Virus record (IMG/VR): IMGVR_UViG_3300027707_000013
Location: 6,610 to 70,609 of that record
Origin: a virus
Taxonomy: Duplodnaviria > Caudoviricetes
DNA length: 64,000 bases
Reading direction: 5' to 3' (one strand)
Positions 10,153-20,559 of the stretch are shown here, one piece after another. A model generated the notes under the pieces. That model did not search any database. It had not been told where the DNA came from and saw only the letters and a program-made list of their open reading frames with translations. Position 1 is the stretch's first letter; each line of letters begins with the position of its first letter. A program made the position numbers and the translations under genes.

Positions 10153-11486
10153 TAGTTTGATAAGGGTGCTTTGATTGGGGGATGAGATTTATAATTTAAT
10201 AATTCAAAACAATCAGGTCTTAATGCCAATATTTTTTCATTAAACGTCTTTTCACCTAAATGTTCTTTAACTTTTTCATGTTGATACCACTCTCTGTGAG
10301 TTATTTTAACGGATGGTAATGGATATGGTTCTCTTGTTCTGGTTGGTATTCCTCTATCATCCATCATATCCAACCCATTAATTTTACCATACGAATTTCC
10401 ACCATCTTCTTCCCATGTTTTATCATGTCCTGTGTATAGGGAGTATCTTTCATCGAAAGTTAACGTTCTACCAATCTGTTCTTTTGATTGTTCGATATGG
10501 TTTGAATATAAGTGAACGTCACCTAAATTACCAATCAACTCATCAGGAATCATATCAACTTCTTTTGCAATAATTTCCAATAACAACGCATAAGATGCAA
10601 TATTGAACGGTAGACCTAAGAATGTATCCACTGAACGTTGATTCCACATTAAGGAGATTGCTCTCTTTGGGGTTGGAGTATAATATGGGTTATCAAAATC
10701 AGGTAAGTTTTTAGGGTCAAAGAACCTTTCCATACCTGTTTCGTAGTTGTTATTAAACCAAATATTATATCTTCTTAAATCACTTAATTCAGTTGTATAA
10801 ACTTGAAATCCATAATGACAAGGTGGTAAAACCATTTGGTTTAACTCACCTACATTCCAAGCATTAACCATCAATCGTCTTGAGTCTGGATTTGTTTTAA
10901 GGTCGTTGATAAGGTTTTGTATTTGGTCGATATACATTGAACCCGCTTCATATATAGTTTCACCATCTTCCGTTTTTAAGGTGGTTTCAATTCCTTTACC
11001 AACTCTCCAACCCCTCCATTGTGCCCCATAAATCGGACCTAAATCTCCCCACTTCTTAGCAAACTCATCATCTAATTTAATTGTATATATAAATTCTTCT
11101 TGAGTCAAAAGTCTTATTCCATCCCCTACAACAAGCAGTAGTCTGTCATAAATCATATCATCTAAATCCCCAATGCCAGATTTCAACCACATTTTATCAA
11201 CAGTGTCAACATAATTCTTATAAGCATCACCATCCCAAATATGACAATCATAATCTAACAAGAATTTGATGTTAGTTTCTCCACGAAGGAACCACAATAG
11301 TTCAACTACCATAGTTTTCCACGCCATTTTCTTTGTCGTAAGTAATGGAAATCCTTCAGACATTTTATGACGAATTTGTCTACCAAATACTGAAAGAGTA
11401 CCAGTACCTGTCCTATCTTTTTTCTCCACTCCGTTATCAAGAATGTCTTGAAGTAACTCTGTGTATTGTTTATCTAGTTGATTCAT
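10152..11486 (-). CDS. thyA: thymidylate synthase with several insertions
   Basis: DRTGTGT, FPLLTTKK, ELLWFLRG, LPPCH, WNQRSVDTFLGLPFNIASY, GDVHLYSNH. Confidence 0.95.
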   Translation of the reverse strand: MNQLDKQYTELLQDILDNGVEKKDRTGTGTLSVFGRQIRHKMSEGFPLLTTKKMAWKTMVVELLWFLRGETNIKFLLDYDCHIWDGDAYKNYVDTVDKMWLKSGIGDLDDMIYDRLLLVVGDGIRLLTQEEFIYTIKLDDEFAKKWGDLGPIYGAQWRGWRVGKGIETTLKTEDGETIYEAGSMYIDQIQNLINDLKTNPDSRRLMVNAWNVGELNQMVLPPCHYGFQVYTTELSDLRRYNIWFNNNYETGMERFFDPKNLPDFDNPYYTPTPKRAISLMWNQRSVDTFLGLPFNIASYALLLEIIAKEVDMIPDELIGNLGDVHLYSNHIEQSKEQIGRTLTFDERYSLYTGHDKTWEEDGGNSYGKINGLDMMDDRGIPTRTREPYPLPSVKITHREWYQHEKVKEHLGEKTFNEKILALRPDCFELLNYKSHPPIKAPLSN

Positions 11487-11661
11487 TTTTTATTGTGTTA
11501 TATGCGATTTCGATGGAAGTATTCATATCCATTCTAGGTTCTCTTTCCCTAATTTCTCTTGATAATGCTAATACTTTAGTTCTTATACCTAAAGATTCTG
11601 CCTCAATTAATAATTCAAAAATATATTCTTCTGATGTCATATTCCAGCCTCCTCTCTCCAC
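11470..11661 (-). CDS. hypothetical protein
   Basis: Short coupled ORF. Confidence 0.45.
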   Translation of the reverse strand: MERGGWNMTSEEYIFELLIEAESLGIRTKVLALSREIREREPRMDMNTSIEIAYNTIKNESTR

Positions 11662-11879
11662 ATTTCTTCCATATGATTTCTTGAAGCGTTATAGTTTCCA
11701 TAATCACCCCAATAATCCAATAAGGATTCAAACGCTAATTTAAGTTTATTGTATTTCTCTTCCGATTCTCTTAACCCTAAGATATAAGAATCTGTCATTG
11801 CGTCAACAACAGATTCTTTATCTAAGAATGAATTATGTACGATTTTTGATTCGTAAATTTCGTCTAAATTTGTTTTCAT
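11637..11879 (-). CDS. hypothetical protein
   Basis: ATGA overlap with the RNA ligase stop places the start at 11879. Confidence 0.5.
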   Translation of the reverse strand: MKTNLDEIYESKIVHNSFLDKESVVDAMTDSYILGLRESEEKYNKLKLAFESLLDYWGDYGNYNASRNHMEEMWREEAGI

Positions 11880-12964
11880 GGTTCTACCTCTTTTTGCCAA
11901 AATGGTTTACTGTATTGTGGTTTCATTAACTTCCAAATTATGTCGTCAACTTTTTCGTTGTTGTGGTCCCACATTGCAAACATAATTGGATGTAAGACTT
12001 CTTGTTGTTTCATTACAAATTCTGCAAATTCTTTTTTAGTAGGTTCAGGGTCTACATCACCATATTTTCCATAACGGAATCCATCGTGAAGTTTACCTGC
12101 TCTCTCCCTTAATTGATAACAACCGTATTTCAAGTTTTGAATTGTGGTTTTAACCCACTTATCAAACTCATCAGGTACTCGGTCCAACAGTTCGTCCAAA
12201 TCTTTCCCATCTTTCAAATATTCCCAAATATCAACATTAGAGAAACCAGTTAAAATTCTATGAAGACGAACATATTCTTCTCCTTTAATTTTTATTCTGA
12301 ACCCGTTTTTAAAACGAATTACATAACCCTCGCGGTTTCCACTAATCTTATCTTTAAGAGTATCGTAATCAGAAATACCATCGTATTTTTTAATGGTTGG
12401 GAATCCGCTTATTTCGTTGATTGACAACATTGAATCGTAATCTAACTCCTTACCATTGGCATTACTTACCATAGATAAAACAACTAATTCCTCGTCTTCA
12501 CCATAATCACAAACAATACGGTTTTCAGGGTAAATAATCTCAACAACCGTGGTATAACCTTTTGGTAATACCTCTACATTGTATTTGTTATTTAAAATCT
12601 GTCTACCTTTGATTGATTGGTCTGAAGTGAACGAACCCTTACTTGCTAAAATCCACTTACCTTGGTACCAAAATAAAATACCTAAAGAACCATCTAATTT
12701 TTCAAATACTTCAAAAGATTCCTCAGGAATATCAGATAAAGTTAATTCTTCGTAGTTAAAAAACTTATTAAACGCTTTAGCGACAACATTCCCCTCCTTA
12801 TCCAAGATAAGACCTCGGCACATTTTGGTAATATCGTCCCACCCACCTTCATACTGACAAGTACGAGAGTAGTTGTATATAGATAGAGGAAGGGTTGGGT
12901 GGTCATTTTTAACCACCAAACCCTTTTCTAAATAATCGTTCAATATGTTGATATCTACAGTCAC
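11876..12964 (-). CDS. T4 Rnl1-family RNA ligase
   Basis: FNKFFN, EKLDGSLG (motif I), EIIYPENRIV, REGYVIRF, KIKGEEYVRLH. Confidence 0.9.
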   Translation of the reverse strand: MTVDINILNDYLEKGLVVKNDHPTLPLSIYNYSRTCQYEGGWDDITKMCRGLILDKEGNVVAKAFNKFFNYEELTLSDIPEESFEVFEKLDGSLGILFWYQGKWILASKGSFTSDQSIKGRQILNNKYNVEVLPKGYTTVVEIIYPENRIVCDYGEDEELVVLSMVSNANGKELDYDSMLSINEISGFPTIKKYDGISDYDTLKDKISGNREGYVIRFKNGFRIKIKGEEYVRLHRILTGFSNVDIWEYLKDGKDLDELLDRVPDEFDKWVKTTIQNLKYGCYQLRERAGKLHDGFRYGKYGDVDPEPTKKEFAEFVMKQQEVLHPIMFAMWDHNNEKVDDIIWKLMKPQYSKPFWQKEVEP

Positions 12965-12965
12965 T

Positions 12966-13211
12966 TTATTTTTTAATTAACATGTTTGTGTTTGCAATAG
13001 GGAAACGAGCAACGGGTACTCTTTTTTCTTCAGTTGAAGTTGAGTCCATTTGCATTACTTGGTAATACCCTTCTTCGAATTTAACCGTAGGTACGTTTTC
13101 AAAAGTATAAAGGATTGGTGAAGACTCATTACCTTCATAAAGTTTTACTGATTTTGTTGATGTGTTGAATACTAATGTTTGCATGTGATTGTTTTTATAA
13201 TTTAATTTCAA
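12966..13211 (-). CDS. hypothetical protein
   Basis: Coupled ORF in the same operon. Confidence 0.5.
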   Translation of the reverse strand: MKLNYKNNHMQTLVFNTSTKSVKLYEGNESSPILYTFENVPTVKFEEGYYQVMQMDSTSTEEKRVPVARFPIANTNMLIKK

Positions 13212-13605
13212 ATCTATTCTTCATTTGTTCTATTTTTTCGTCAGGAACTCCATGTTCGTTTTTACCCCCATGTCTGTTCTCAACAATAATAGTATAAACT
13301 TTATAACCATACTTTTTTGCGATGATTTGGTAAAATTTCATTTCCCACTCTTGTGTGAATGTATTTGATACTACAATATTACGATAAAATAATGAATTAA
13401 CCAAATTAGGATACATTGCTTTATGGACTTGTCTCTTACAAAAATTGTGAGCGTCTTTTAACCCGTTGAAATCAAACTCGTAATTTCCATTTTTCATGAA
13501 ATACTTGTCAGCTTCAAAGATTTGCCATGATTTGGCAATTGATTTTGCTAGTGTAGATTTACCAGAACCTGGTACTCCTCTTACAATATATAAATTCTTT
13601 TCCAT
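13195..13605 (-). CDS. P-loop polynucleotide-kinase-like protein (AAA_33 type)
   Basis: RGVPGSGKST, EAD.YF, VSNTFT, RHGGKNEHGVP. Confidence 0.8.
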   Translation of the reverse strand: MEKNLYIVRGVPGSGKSTLAKSIAKSWQIFEADKYFMKNGNYEFDFNGLKDAHNFCKRQVHKAMYPNLVNSLFYRNIVVSNTFTQEWEMKFYQIIAKKYGYKVYTIIVENRHGGKNEHGVPDEKIEQMKNRFEIKL

Positions 13606-13606
13606 G

Positions 13607-13939
13607 TTATTTTTGTATAATATTGTTATCTATATTCCAAATATTGAAATGGTCAAAATCATTTTCTTTTTCCCATCCGTACATTCTCATACTAATTTCG
13701 TTTCTAGTCTCCAAAGATAGTAACTTTGAAATAACTTCTCGTGCAACTGGATGAATCATTTGAACCATCATAACAAAATTAGGTCCGTCATTTGGTAAAT
13801 CCTTAATTCTATTAATTTTTTCACTTGAGTATTCAAACTTATCATCAAATGTTTTCCAAAATTTAATACACACCTCTTTGAGTTCGTTAAACAATTCTTC
13901 TTTTGGTTGTGTATAAAATAATTTAACTGATTTCTCCAT
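13607..13939 (-). CDS. hypothetical protein
   Basis: 110-aa coupled ORF. Confidence 0.5.
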   Translation of the reverse strand: MEKSVKLFYTQPKEELFNELKEVCIKFWKTFDDKFEYSSEKINRIKDLPNDGPNFVMMVQMIHPVAREVISKLLSLETRNEISMRMYGWEKENDFDHFNIWNIDNNIIQK

Positions 13940-14606
13940 GTTCTTTATTTATAAGGTCATCTAAATGGTGGTCGTTCTGTATTTCAGAAAGTTTATCTCT
14001 GTGTCTTAATAAAGGAACCACTTCTCTCATAACATTGTAAGGTCTGAACTCAGGGTGACCATCCATCCCTACGTCCATTCTCTGACCTTTACCGAATCTT
14101 AAGTTAGTTGGTAAGTGACAGTGACCGTGTAAGTGCATTACACCCTTATTAAGACCATCCCATGAACTTATAGGGTAATGCATCAAACGGAAGGTATGTT
14201 CTTGTATCTTCAATGTATTGTAGTGAGAAACGGATTTAAATAACCCTTGAGAACCCCCTCTATTATTTTCAATGTGGTGGTCGTGGTTACCCAAGATTAA
14301 ATGAATGTTTTTACAAACAATTCGGTCCCAAAATTCACGTATAGATTCGTACCCACCAAAAGACCAGTCACCAAGACATATTAAGATATCATCTTGCATA
14401 ACGTTCTCGTTGATGTTATTTACGATTGCGGCGTTCATCTTCTCCAAAGTTGAGAAGTCACGAGTTTGAGAAACTGGTACTTCACCGTCAGGCGTTCTCC
14501 AATTAGTCGTTCCTCGACATATATTTTTGTGGTTAAAGTGTGGGTCAGAAAATATCCACACATCAGAGGTGGCTCTCCCCTTGCTATCGGTCTCTATCTT
14601 TATCAT
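13923..14606 (-). CDS. calcineurin-like metallophosphoesterase
   Basis: SDPHFNH, LGD, GNHD, MHYP, HGHCH. Confidence 0.9.
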   Translation of the reverse strand: MIKIETDSKGRATSDVWIFSDPHFNHKNICRGTTNWRTPDGEVPVSQTRDFSTLEKMNAAIVNNINENVMQDDILICLGDWSFGGYESIREFWDRIVCKNIHLILGNHDHHIENNRGGSQGLFKSVSHYNTLKIQEHTFRLMHYPISSWDGLNKGVMHLHGHCHLPTNLRFGKGQRMDVGMDGHPEFRPYNVMREVVPLLRHRDKLSEIQNDHHLDDLINKEHGEIS

Positions 14607-14624
14607 AGAGCAAAGATAATAAAA

Positions 14625-14882
14625 TTATTCTGAAATAGTAATTAAAAAAACAGGATTTTGTTCTCCCGCATATAAACCTTTTATGTTATAGTCGTAAAAC
14701 TCTTCGGCTTCACCCATAGTCATTAGGTCTCTTTCTTGTAGGATATTGATAATTTTACTTTGGGAGTAAAGTATTCGTGGACCGTTGAAATCCTCAACAA
14801 TACCAACAATTGCGTCTTCAAGTCCGTCTAACATAACGGCTCCTTCACAGTAAGATTCTATATCGTAATTGTTAATTATCAT
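14625..14882 (-). CDS. conserved-looking phage hypothetical protein
   Basis: First gene of the operon; EAEEFYDYNIKGLYAGEQNPVF. Confidence 0.55.
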   Translation of the reverse strand: MIINNYDIESYCEGAVMLDGLEDAIVGIVEDFNGPRILYSQSKIINILQERDLMTMGEAEEFYDYNIKGLYAGEQNPVFLITISE

Positions 14883-14966
14883 AATAAAAAAGGGGAGAAA
14901 TTCAAAATTGAGGCGATAAGTAAATTACCAAGATACTATCAAATGAACATGAACTTCTCCCTGTGT

Positions 14967-14999
14967 AAAAATATAGAATTACTTCTTAAAATAGTCAAA
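14967..14999 (-). promoter_or_regulatory. sigma70-like promoter of the RNA-repair/thyA operon
   Basis: TTGACT-N17-TATATT on the minus strand. Confidence 0.55.
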
Positions 15000-15045
15000 C
15001 GAAAAAAAGAACCTTTTCAAACTATTTATAATAAAAATAATAGTT

Positions 15046-16374
15046 ATGAGAGGATATTTTGGATTAGGTAAATTATCAGCATCTGAGAAGTCAGATATTT
15101 TAGACCAACATAAAAGTGTTTACAATGGTTACCAGACCATGCAGCCACAAGTGTCAAATACACAACCATTAACTGTGTATGATTTTGCTGGTGATAAAGA
15201 AGGTTTAGTCGTTAATAACAAGGGCGAAGTTAAAAAATACACAAACATGGGTATCAACGAACAAGTTGAAGAAAAATCTATGTGTGAAGAATGTGGAGGT
15301 CAAATGACTGAAGGGGAGTGTATGGAATGTGGTTATAATGAAGGTGAAATGGGAGAAGGTAAAAAATTTCCTGATTTAACTGGTGATGGTGAGGTGACCT
15401 ATTCCGATATTTTAAAAGGTAGAGGAGTAAAACCTAAAAACTCAAAAACCGATAAAGCAATTAAAAAAGTTAACAACATATCTAAGAAACATGGAATGGA
15501 AGAAGACGATTCTGATTGGGATGCGACTTTAATGGATGGGTTAGAAGAAGAAACAGGACATTTAGATGATATCTACAATGTTAGGGATTTAAATATGGAT
15601 TCAGGATTTGATTATATTGAGGGTGGTTCTAACGATGTTGATACATTCGAAGGAATGCATAAAAACCTTTATAGAGAAGATGAAGAAGAGGATATGGTTG
15701 ACTATGAAAATGACGACAATGAAGATGACGGATTTTTGGATGACCAATTAGATGAAGACCAAACAGACGACAAACCATATGAAAAAGGTAAATATGGAAT
15801 GAAAGCTTCTCGTGCAAGAGCAAGTTTTGAACCAACACCAAAAGAAAAAGATATTTTAGATAAACTTTTTGGTCAGTATGGTGATGATATCCCACCAATT
15901 GTTATTAGATATTTAAGAAAATTACCAAGAAAAGTTTTCACAAAAAGATTACAAGACCTTGGGTTATTAGATACTAAAGCAGATGTTAAAGAACAAGGTG
16001 GAAATGTTGATGATATGAATGTTTCCGATGTAGAATCAGCATATGATTTTGAATCAAATGGACCAATGGATGGTGGAGATTCTTACCCTGTAAATGAATA
16101 TGAATATGAAACAATGGAATCGGCCTTTGCTGACGAGATTGATGAGGTGGATGTATCAGGTTCACAAGGAATTTACGGTGATATGGACCCAGCATATGAT
16201 TTTGATAGTGACGGGCCAGGTAAAGGTGGACCATACCAAGAATTTTCACATGGAACGGTACATAGTGATTTAGATGATGAATTCGAGGAAATTGATGAGG
16301 ACCTACAAGAAGACTTTAAAACTCAAAAGAACAAAATTAAAGAAATGTTCGACAGATTTAACAAATATAATTAA
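15046..16374 (+). CDS. very acidic, probable head/internal protein
   Basis: D/E-rich, CxxC..CxxC stretch, TATTTAT at 15023, terminator at 16380-16408. Confidence 0.6.
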   Translation: MRGYFGLGKLSASEKSDILDQHKSVYNGYQTMQPQVSNTQPLTVYDFAGDKEGLVVNNKGEVKKYTNMGINEQVEEKSMCEECGGQMTEGECMECGYNEGEMGEGKKFPDLTGDGEVTYSDILKGRGVKPKNSKTDKAIKKVNNISKKHGMEEDDSDWDATLMDGLEEETGHLDDIYNVRDLNMDSGFDYIEGGSNDVDTFEGMHKNLYREDEEEDMVDYENDDNEDDGFLDDQLDEDQTDDKPYEKGKYGMKASRARASFEPTPKEKDILDKLFGQYGDDIPPIVIRYLRKLPRKVFTKRLQDLGLLDTKADVKEQGGNVDDMNVSDVESAYDFESNGPMDGGDSYPVNEYEYETMESAFADEIDEVDVSGSQGIYGDMDPAYDFDSDGPGKGGPYQEFSHGTVHSDLDDEFEEIDEDLQEDFKTQKNKIKEMFDRFNKYN

Positions 16375-16404
16375 TAACAAACCCCTCTTAACGGAGGGGT
16401 TTTT

Positions 16405-17640
16405 TTATAATATCTCAGAAATTTTATCGTATACAAATCCATCTTTTAATTCCCCCCAAGTAATACCTAAAAGAGTACCTGGCTTTTCACCATTAAAAAA
16501 AAGAAACAAATCTTTATTTAAAGGATGACCTGACGAAAGGATTTTTTTAATCTCGTTAATACCAAACATTTTTTGAAAATTTTCAAAAGTGTTTTCTTCG
16601 ATTAATATATCGTAATACTTTGAATTTGGGATTAATATATTGTATTGGGTGATTTTATCTGATAATTCAACCTTGAACGAAATTTGAGAATCATTAACAA
16701 AATTTATAAGGTAGATAGAATCACCGAATTGCTCAAAATACTTTTCAGATACCTCAATAGTTGAATTAATTGCAACAAAATGTTTTTTAATCTCCTCCCT
16801 ACCAATAGGTTGACTACTAAGTAATTCTATATTTTTTGGTAATTCTCCATCATATTTGGTTAAATTATAAACATTATTATCTTCATTTGTCGGTATTGAG
16901 AGCAAGTTATCCCAACTGTTCTTAATAACATGACTTGAAAGAGATGGATTAATTAATTTCAATTTATCTACAGTTTTGTTAAAATCGTAAAAATGAGAAA
17001 AATGATATCCAGAATCAACAATTTCAAATCTACTTAAATTTAGTAAACCTTTTTTAAAGTAAGAACTTAAAAAAACTGAAACATTTTTAATTAAAGAAGC
17101 GAATTGGTGACAAGTAGTACCTAAGTTTGGATTTGTGTTAATAAATTTAGTTGACCAAATAAAATTCTTTTGTCTCAAAATCACTGGAGAAAAACTTATT
17201 CTATCAATAACCTCTGGAAGTTTAGATAAATCAGGGATTTCATCTATATCTGAAATCATGACAATATCTTCCATATATAAATCTGAAGATAGTAAACTAT
17301 TATGTAAAAGGATTAACAAGTACAACTGAATATTAGTTCTATTAGATTCTTTGACAAAATTTGATATAGGAAGAGTATTCTTTTTTATAACCTTATCTAA
17401 AATTTCTAATTCGGATGATGATAATTCATTGAATGACAAATAAGAAATTTTATCTTTCCATTTTTCAAATAGATGTTCATTTTGTTTGAAGATTAAAGGT
17501 TTAGAATTACCCATAAAATCAATTCCAGACTCCATTATGATGAATTGGTCAACATGTTCGTTTAGTTCAGTTAACCTAAAAGTTAACATGTCAAGTTCAT
17601 CGTAAAAAAATACTGCGTCGATTATTTTATGTTTTTTCAT
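16405..17640 (-). CDS. glycosyltransferase family 17-like protein (diverged)
   Basis: FFYDELDMLTFRLTEL..VDQFIIMES, SDIDEIP, GYHFS. Confidence 0.7.
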   Translation of the reverse strand: MKKHKIIDAVFFYDELDMLTFRLTELNEHVDQFIIMESGIDFMGNSKPLIFKQNEHLFEKWKDKISYLSFNELSSSELEILDKVIKKNTLPISNFVKESNRTNIQLYLLILLHNSLLSSDLYMEDIVMISDIDEIPDLSKLPEVIDRISFSPVILRQKNFIWSTKFINTNPNLGTTCHQFASLIKNVSVFLSSYFKKGLLNLSRFEIVDSGYHFSHFYDFNKTVDKLKLINPSLSSHVIKNSWDNLLSIPTNEDNNVYNLTKYDGELPKNIELLSSQPIGREEIKKHFVAINSTIEVSEKYFEQFGDSIYLINFVNDSQISFKVELSDKITQYNILIPNSKYYDILIEENTFENFQKMFGINEIKKILSSGHPLNKDLFLFFNGEKPGTLLGITWGELKDGFVYDKISEIL

Positions 17641-17709
17641 TTCTTTTTATAATCCTATTGAAAATAGTTGATAAGTTATTTATACTTAATAATATAAAAT
17701 TAAATCAAA

Positions 17710-18309
17710 ATGTCATCATCAAACTATTTTTTAGAAGGTCAAAGAAACAATGTTAACCACTTAAATTACTATTATTTTACAGATGTCTTCACACCTGAAG
17801 AATTAGTTAAAATTATTGAAATAGGAGATAAACTCCCTAAAAAGAAAGCGACAACTGTCGGTAATGACGACGAGAACGGTGAAAACCCATTCCGATTGAG
17901 TGAGATATCTTGGATATCGGATAATCCTGAAACTGAATGGATTTATAGAAGAATTTCAAATTATGCTAAAATCGCTAACGAAGCGATGTGGAATTTTGAT
18001 ATTTGGGGATATCAAGATTTATTACAATATACCAAATACTATGGTAATGGTGGTCATTATGATTGGCACGCTGATTTAGGGCCAGGTATTTCTAACAGAA
18101 AACTATCTTGTGTATTACAATTATCAACACCTGAAGAGTATGAAGGCGGTGAATTACAAATGAATCCAGGAGGAGATATTATGTCAGTACCAAAAGGGTT
18201 GGGAACCATTTGTTTCTTTCCTTCATTCTTATTACATAGAGTAACACCTTTAACTTCAGGTACTAGAAAATCACTTGTAACTTGGTTATGTGGTGCAAAT
18301 CTTAGATAA
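17710..18309 (+). CDS. 2OG-Fe(II) oxygenase (prolyl-4-hydroxylase/PKHD type)
   Basis: YDWHAD, RKLSCVLQLS, YEGGEL, HRVTP, RKSLVTW. Confidence 0.9.
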   Translation: MSSSNYFLEGQRNNVNHLNYYYFTDVFTPEELVKIIEIGDKLPKKKATTVGNDDENGENPFRLSEISWISDNPETEWIYRRISNYAKIANEAMWNFDIWGYQDLLQYTKYYGNGGHYDWHADLGPGISNRKLSCVLQLSTPEEYEGGELQMNPGGDIMSVPKGLGTICFFPSFLLHRVTPLTSGTRKSLVTWLCGANLR

Positions 18310-18743
18310 TGGAAAGAAGAATTATTACTGTTAAAGATTTTCAAAGTGTTGCAAGAAATAACGAATATTTCTTGTGGCATTTTATGCAAAAAAAACAAGA
18401 AGAATCATCATTAGTACTTTATTCGTATTTTGATAAAAGAGAAGGAGAAGAGAATAAAATAAAAGAAATAATGGATTTGGTGAATATTCCATATTTTGAA
18501 TCTTATACTGAGGATAGTATAGATTTTTTAAACGGGCTTGGTATCCCATATGCAAACTTATGGTCTCCTGAAAACATGGCTCCAAATTCATTTCATCAAA
18601 CGTTTAGTCCAATCATAATAGGGTTTAAAAAGTTTAATAAAATAAAAACAACAAAAGATATTTGTTATTGTGTTGAAGGAGTTCTTGAAATAATCTCAGA
18701 ATTAAATCCTGAAATTTTATTTACTGTCGACACAGAAGATTAA
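18309..18743 (+). CDS. hypothetical protein
   Basis: Coupled 144-aa ORF. Confidence 0.5.
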   Translation: MERRIITVKDFQSVARNNEYFLWHFMQKKQEESSLVLYSYFDKREGEENKIKEIMDLVNIPYFESYTEDSIDFLNGLGIPYANLWSPENMAPNSFHQTFSPIIIGFKKFNKIKTTKDICYCVEGVLEIISELNPEILFTVDTED

Positions 18744-19345
18744 CGTTCTGTGTTAAAGAAAAACACTTGGAATAATCTACCGTCATTAATATCCTTACCA
18801 AAGTAGTCTAAAGATACGTGATAGTTATCTGCTCTATACATAATCAATCTATTGAATATGTTACCAACTCTATCAACCATTTCCCATTTAGTGTAGTCTT
18901 GCATGTCATCTCCTGAAGGAGCGTTTTTATCGTATTCAGGATTTTGTTTAGCTTCTTTATAGTCGTAATTCATCCAACCCGTTTTTTTATGTTTAAAAAT
19001 TCCAGTACCTGAACTAACGGGAGCATCAGGTGTCAAATAACATACCGCAGCCCAATCAGTAGTTGAATCTGCGTGAATCCACGACCTATCAGCGGCGGTT
19101 GTATATTGGAATGACCCTGTGTAATCACCACCCCACCAAGTAATCTCACCTGCAAAAGGATATAATATGTCTCTCATCCTTTTTTTGATAGAATCATTCA
19201 AGAATGATTTTGTTCTCATCCCTGGATAGTTTCCTCTTACTTCAAAATCTTGTTTAAGTGCGAATTCTCTAACCTCCATTGGGTTTGAGTAAAAGTCGTC
19301 AATAGTTAGTGAATTGAATCTCATGTACTTTAAGTTATAAACCAA
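18740..19345 (-). CDS. DUF6445-like 2OG-Fe(II) oxygenase
   Basis: IDDFY, YPG.RT, WIHAD, AVCYL, NRLIMY..H, RLFQVFFF. Confidence 0.75.
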   Translation of the reverse strand: MVYNLKYMRFNSLTIDDFYSNPMEVREFALKQDFEVRGNYPGMRTKSFLNDSIKKRMRDILYPFAGEITWWGGDYTGSFQYTTAADRSWIHADSTTDWAAVCYLTPDAPVSSGTGIFKHKKTGWMNYDYKEAKQNPEYDKNAPSGDDMQDYTKWEMVDRVGNIFNRLIMYRADNYHVSLDYFGKDINDGRLFQVFFFNTER

Positions 19346-19430
19346 TTATAACAATAAATATGAAAATAAAAACAATATTAATTCGTAAAATTAATGACTT
19401 TTGATATGTTTTTGAATATTTCTTTATAAA

Positions 19431-19742
19431 TTGTTTTATATGGAAATTAAAGAAATTGTGTCCTATTTTCTTAATAGTGACTCCAACATTTTAGACGTGT
19501 CTTTCAGAACTATTGAAGACGACGAGGAAGTTATGAGAACCGATAATATTGATTACACTATTGTCGAGGACTATGGGTTCGATTTGGTTACAGAATCTTT
19601 TGACTTTTTTGGTGACGATTTTGAAGATGACGAAATACTACCAATAGACAAAGTTGAATTAGATGAGGATGAGTTAATTATATTTTTAAACGAATATTAT
19701 ACAATAAATCCTGAGTCATTACCCAAGGGTGAGTTCTATTAA
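19431..19742 (+). CDS. acidic hypothetical protein (ATG at 19440)
   Basis: ORF track. Confidence 0.55.
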   Translation: MFYMEIKEIVSYFLNSDSNILDVSFRTIEDDEEVMRTDNIDYTIVEDYGFDLVTESFDFFGDDFEDDEILPIDKVELDEDELIIFLNEYYTINPESLPKGEFY

Positions 19743-20272
19743 GGACCCACTCTTGATAAAGACATTGTCATAACTTGTTTTTGGCCAAACTTACCGTTAA
19801 ACCAAGCTCCCGAACTTTTTAATTGCAGACTTTCGTAGCTATCATCTTCGATTTGAAACGTGATAGTTCTTGAAGACCCGTCTTCGGTTATATAATCAAA
19901 TTGTATATATCCAAAATTGTACGGTGTACGACCGAAAGTCCTATAAAATATTGGGTTTGAACCACTACCGTACCTCCAAATATCTTGGCCTGATTGGGTA
20001 ACTCCAAGTAATTTCATTCTTAAGGTAGAATAATCCATGTGAAGATAGAAATTATTTATCCTAATCGAATCAAACGGTTTTGGTAATAAAGGATTAACAT
20101 AGTTTGTCCCAAGAAGATACAACGAATCTCTTGTTTGATTTTGGTCCACATTAGTTATCTCCAATTTGGAAACAACGTATTTTCCACTTAATGTAAGGTC
20201 TCTAATCTCTGTGACATATTGTTCACAAGATGTTAAGGATAAAATGACTAATAATAAAAACAGTTTTCTCAT
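19739..20272 (-). CDS. Bacteroidota-type lipoprotein, lipocalin-like
   Basis: MRKLFLLLVILSLTSC lipobox followed by beta-rich sequence. Confidence 0.6.
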   Translation of the reverse strand: MRKLFLLLVILSLTSCEQYVTEIRDLTLSGKYVVSKLEITNVDQNQTRDSLYLLGTNYVNPLLPKPFDSIRINNFYLHMDYSTLRMKLLGVTQSGQDIWRYGSGSNPIFYRTFGRTPYNFGYIQFDYITEDGSSRTITFQIEDDSYESLQLKSSGAWFNGKFGQKQVMTMSLSRVGP

Positions 20273-20319
20273 GCCACAAATATAATATTTTTTTTTACAA
20301 ACTACAAATATTTATAACT

Positions 20320-20559
20320 ATGATATTAGACGTAGATTTCCTAATAGGGTTTTTTAAAAAACATTCTGAGGAGAGTAATAAAGGAGAAATGGGTGAACAA
20401 GATGCCGCTACGGCACCTGCATCATCATCAGGTGGTGGTTCAGTTCCTAAATGGGCTGACACATATACATTAACAAGAGGTAAAGCAAATAAACTAGGAG
20501 TTGCTGGTGAGAAATGGGAAACAGGACTTACTCGAGGGGCTGCTAATAAAATTTGGTAA
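20320..20559 (+). CDS. small hypothetical late protein
   Basis: TATTTAT at 20309; GEQDA motif; RGKAN/RGAAN repeat. Confidence 0.55.
   Translation: MILDVDFLIGFFKKHSEESNKGEMGEQDAATAPASSSGGGSVPKWADTYTLTRGKANKLGVAGEKWETGLTRGAANKIW

Noticed and set aside
10152-11486. Extra length of ThyA as an intein or intron
   Set aside because: The insertions are several short in-frame loops; there are no Cys/Ser..His-Asn splice ends and no frame break.
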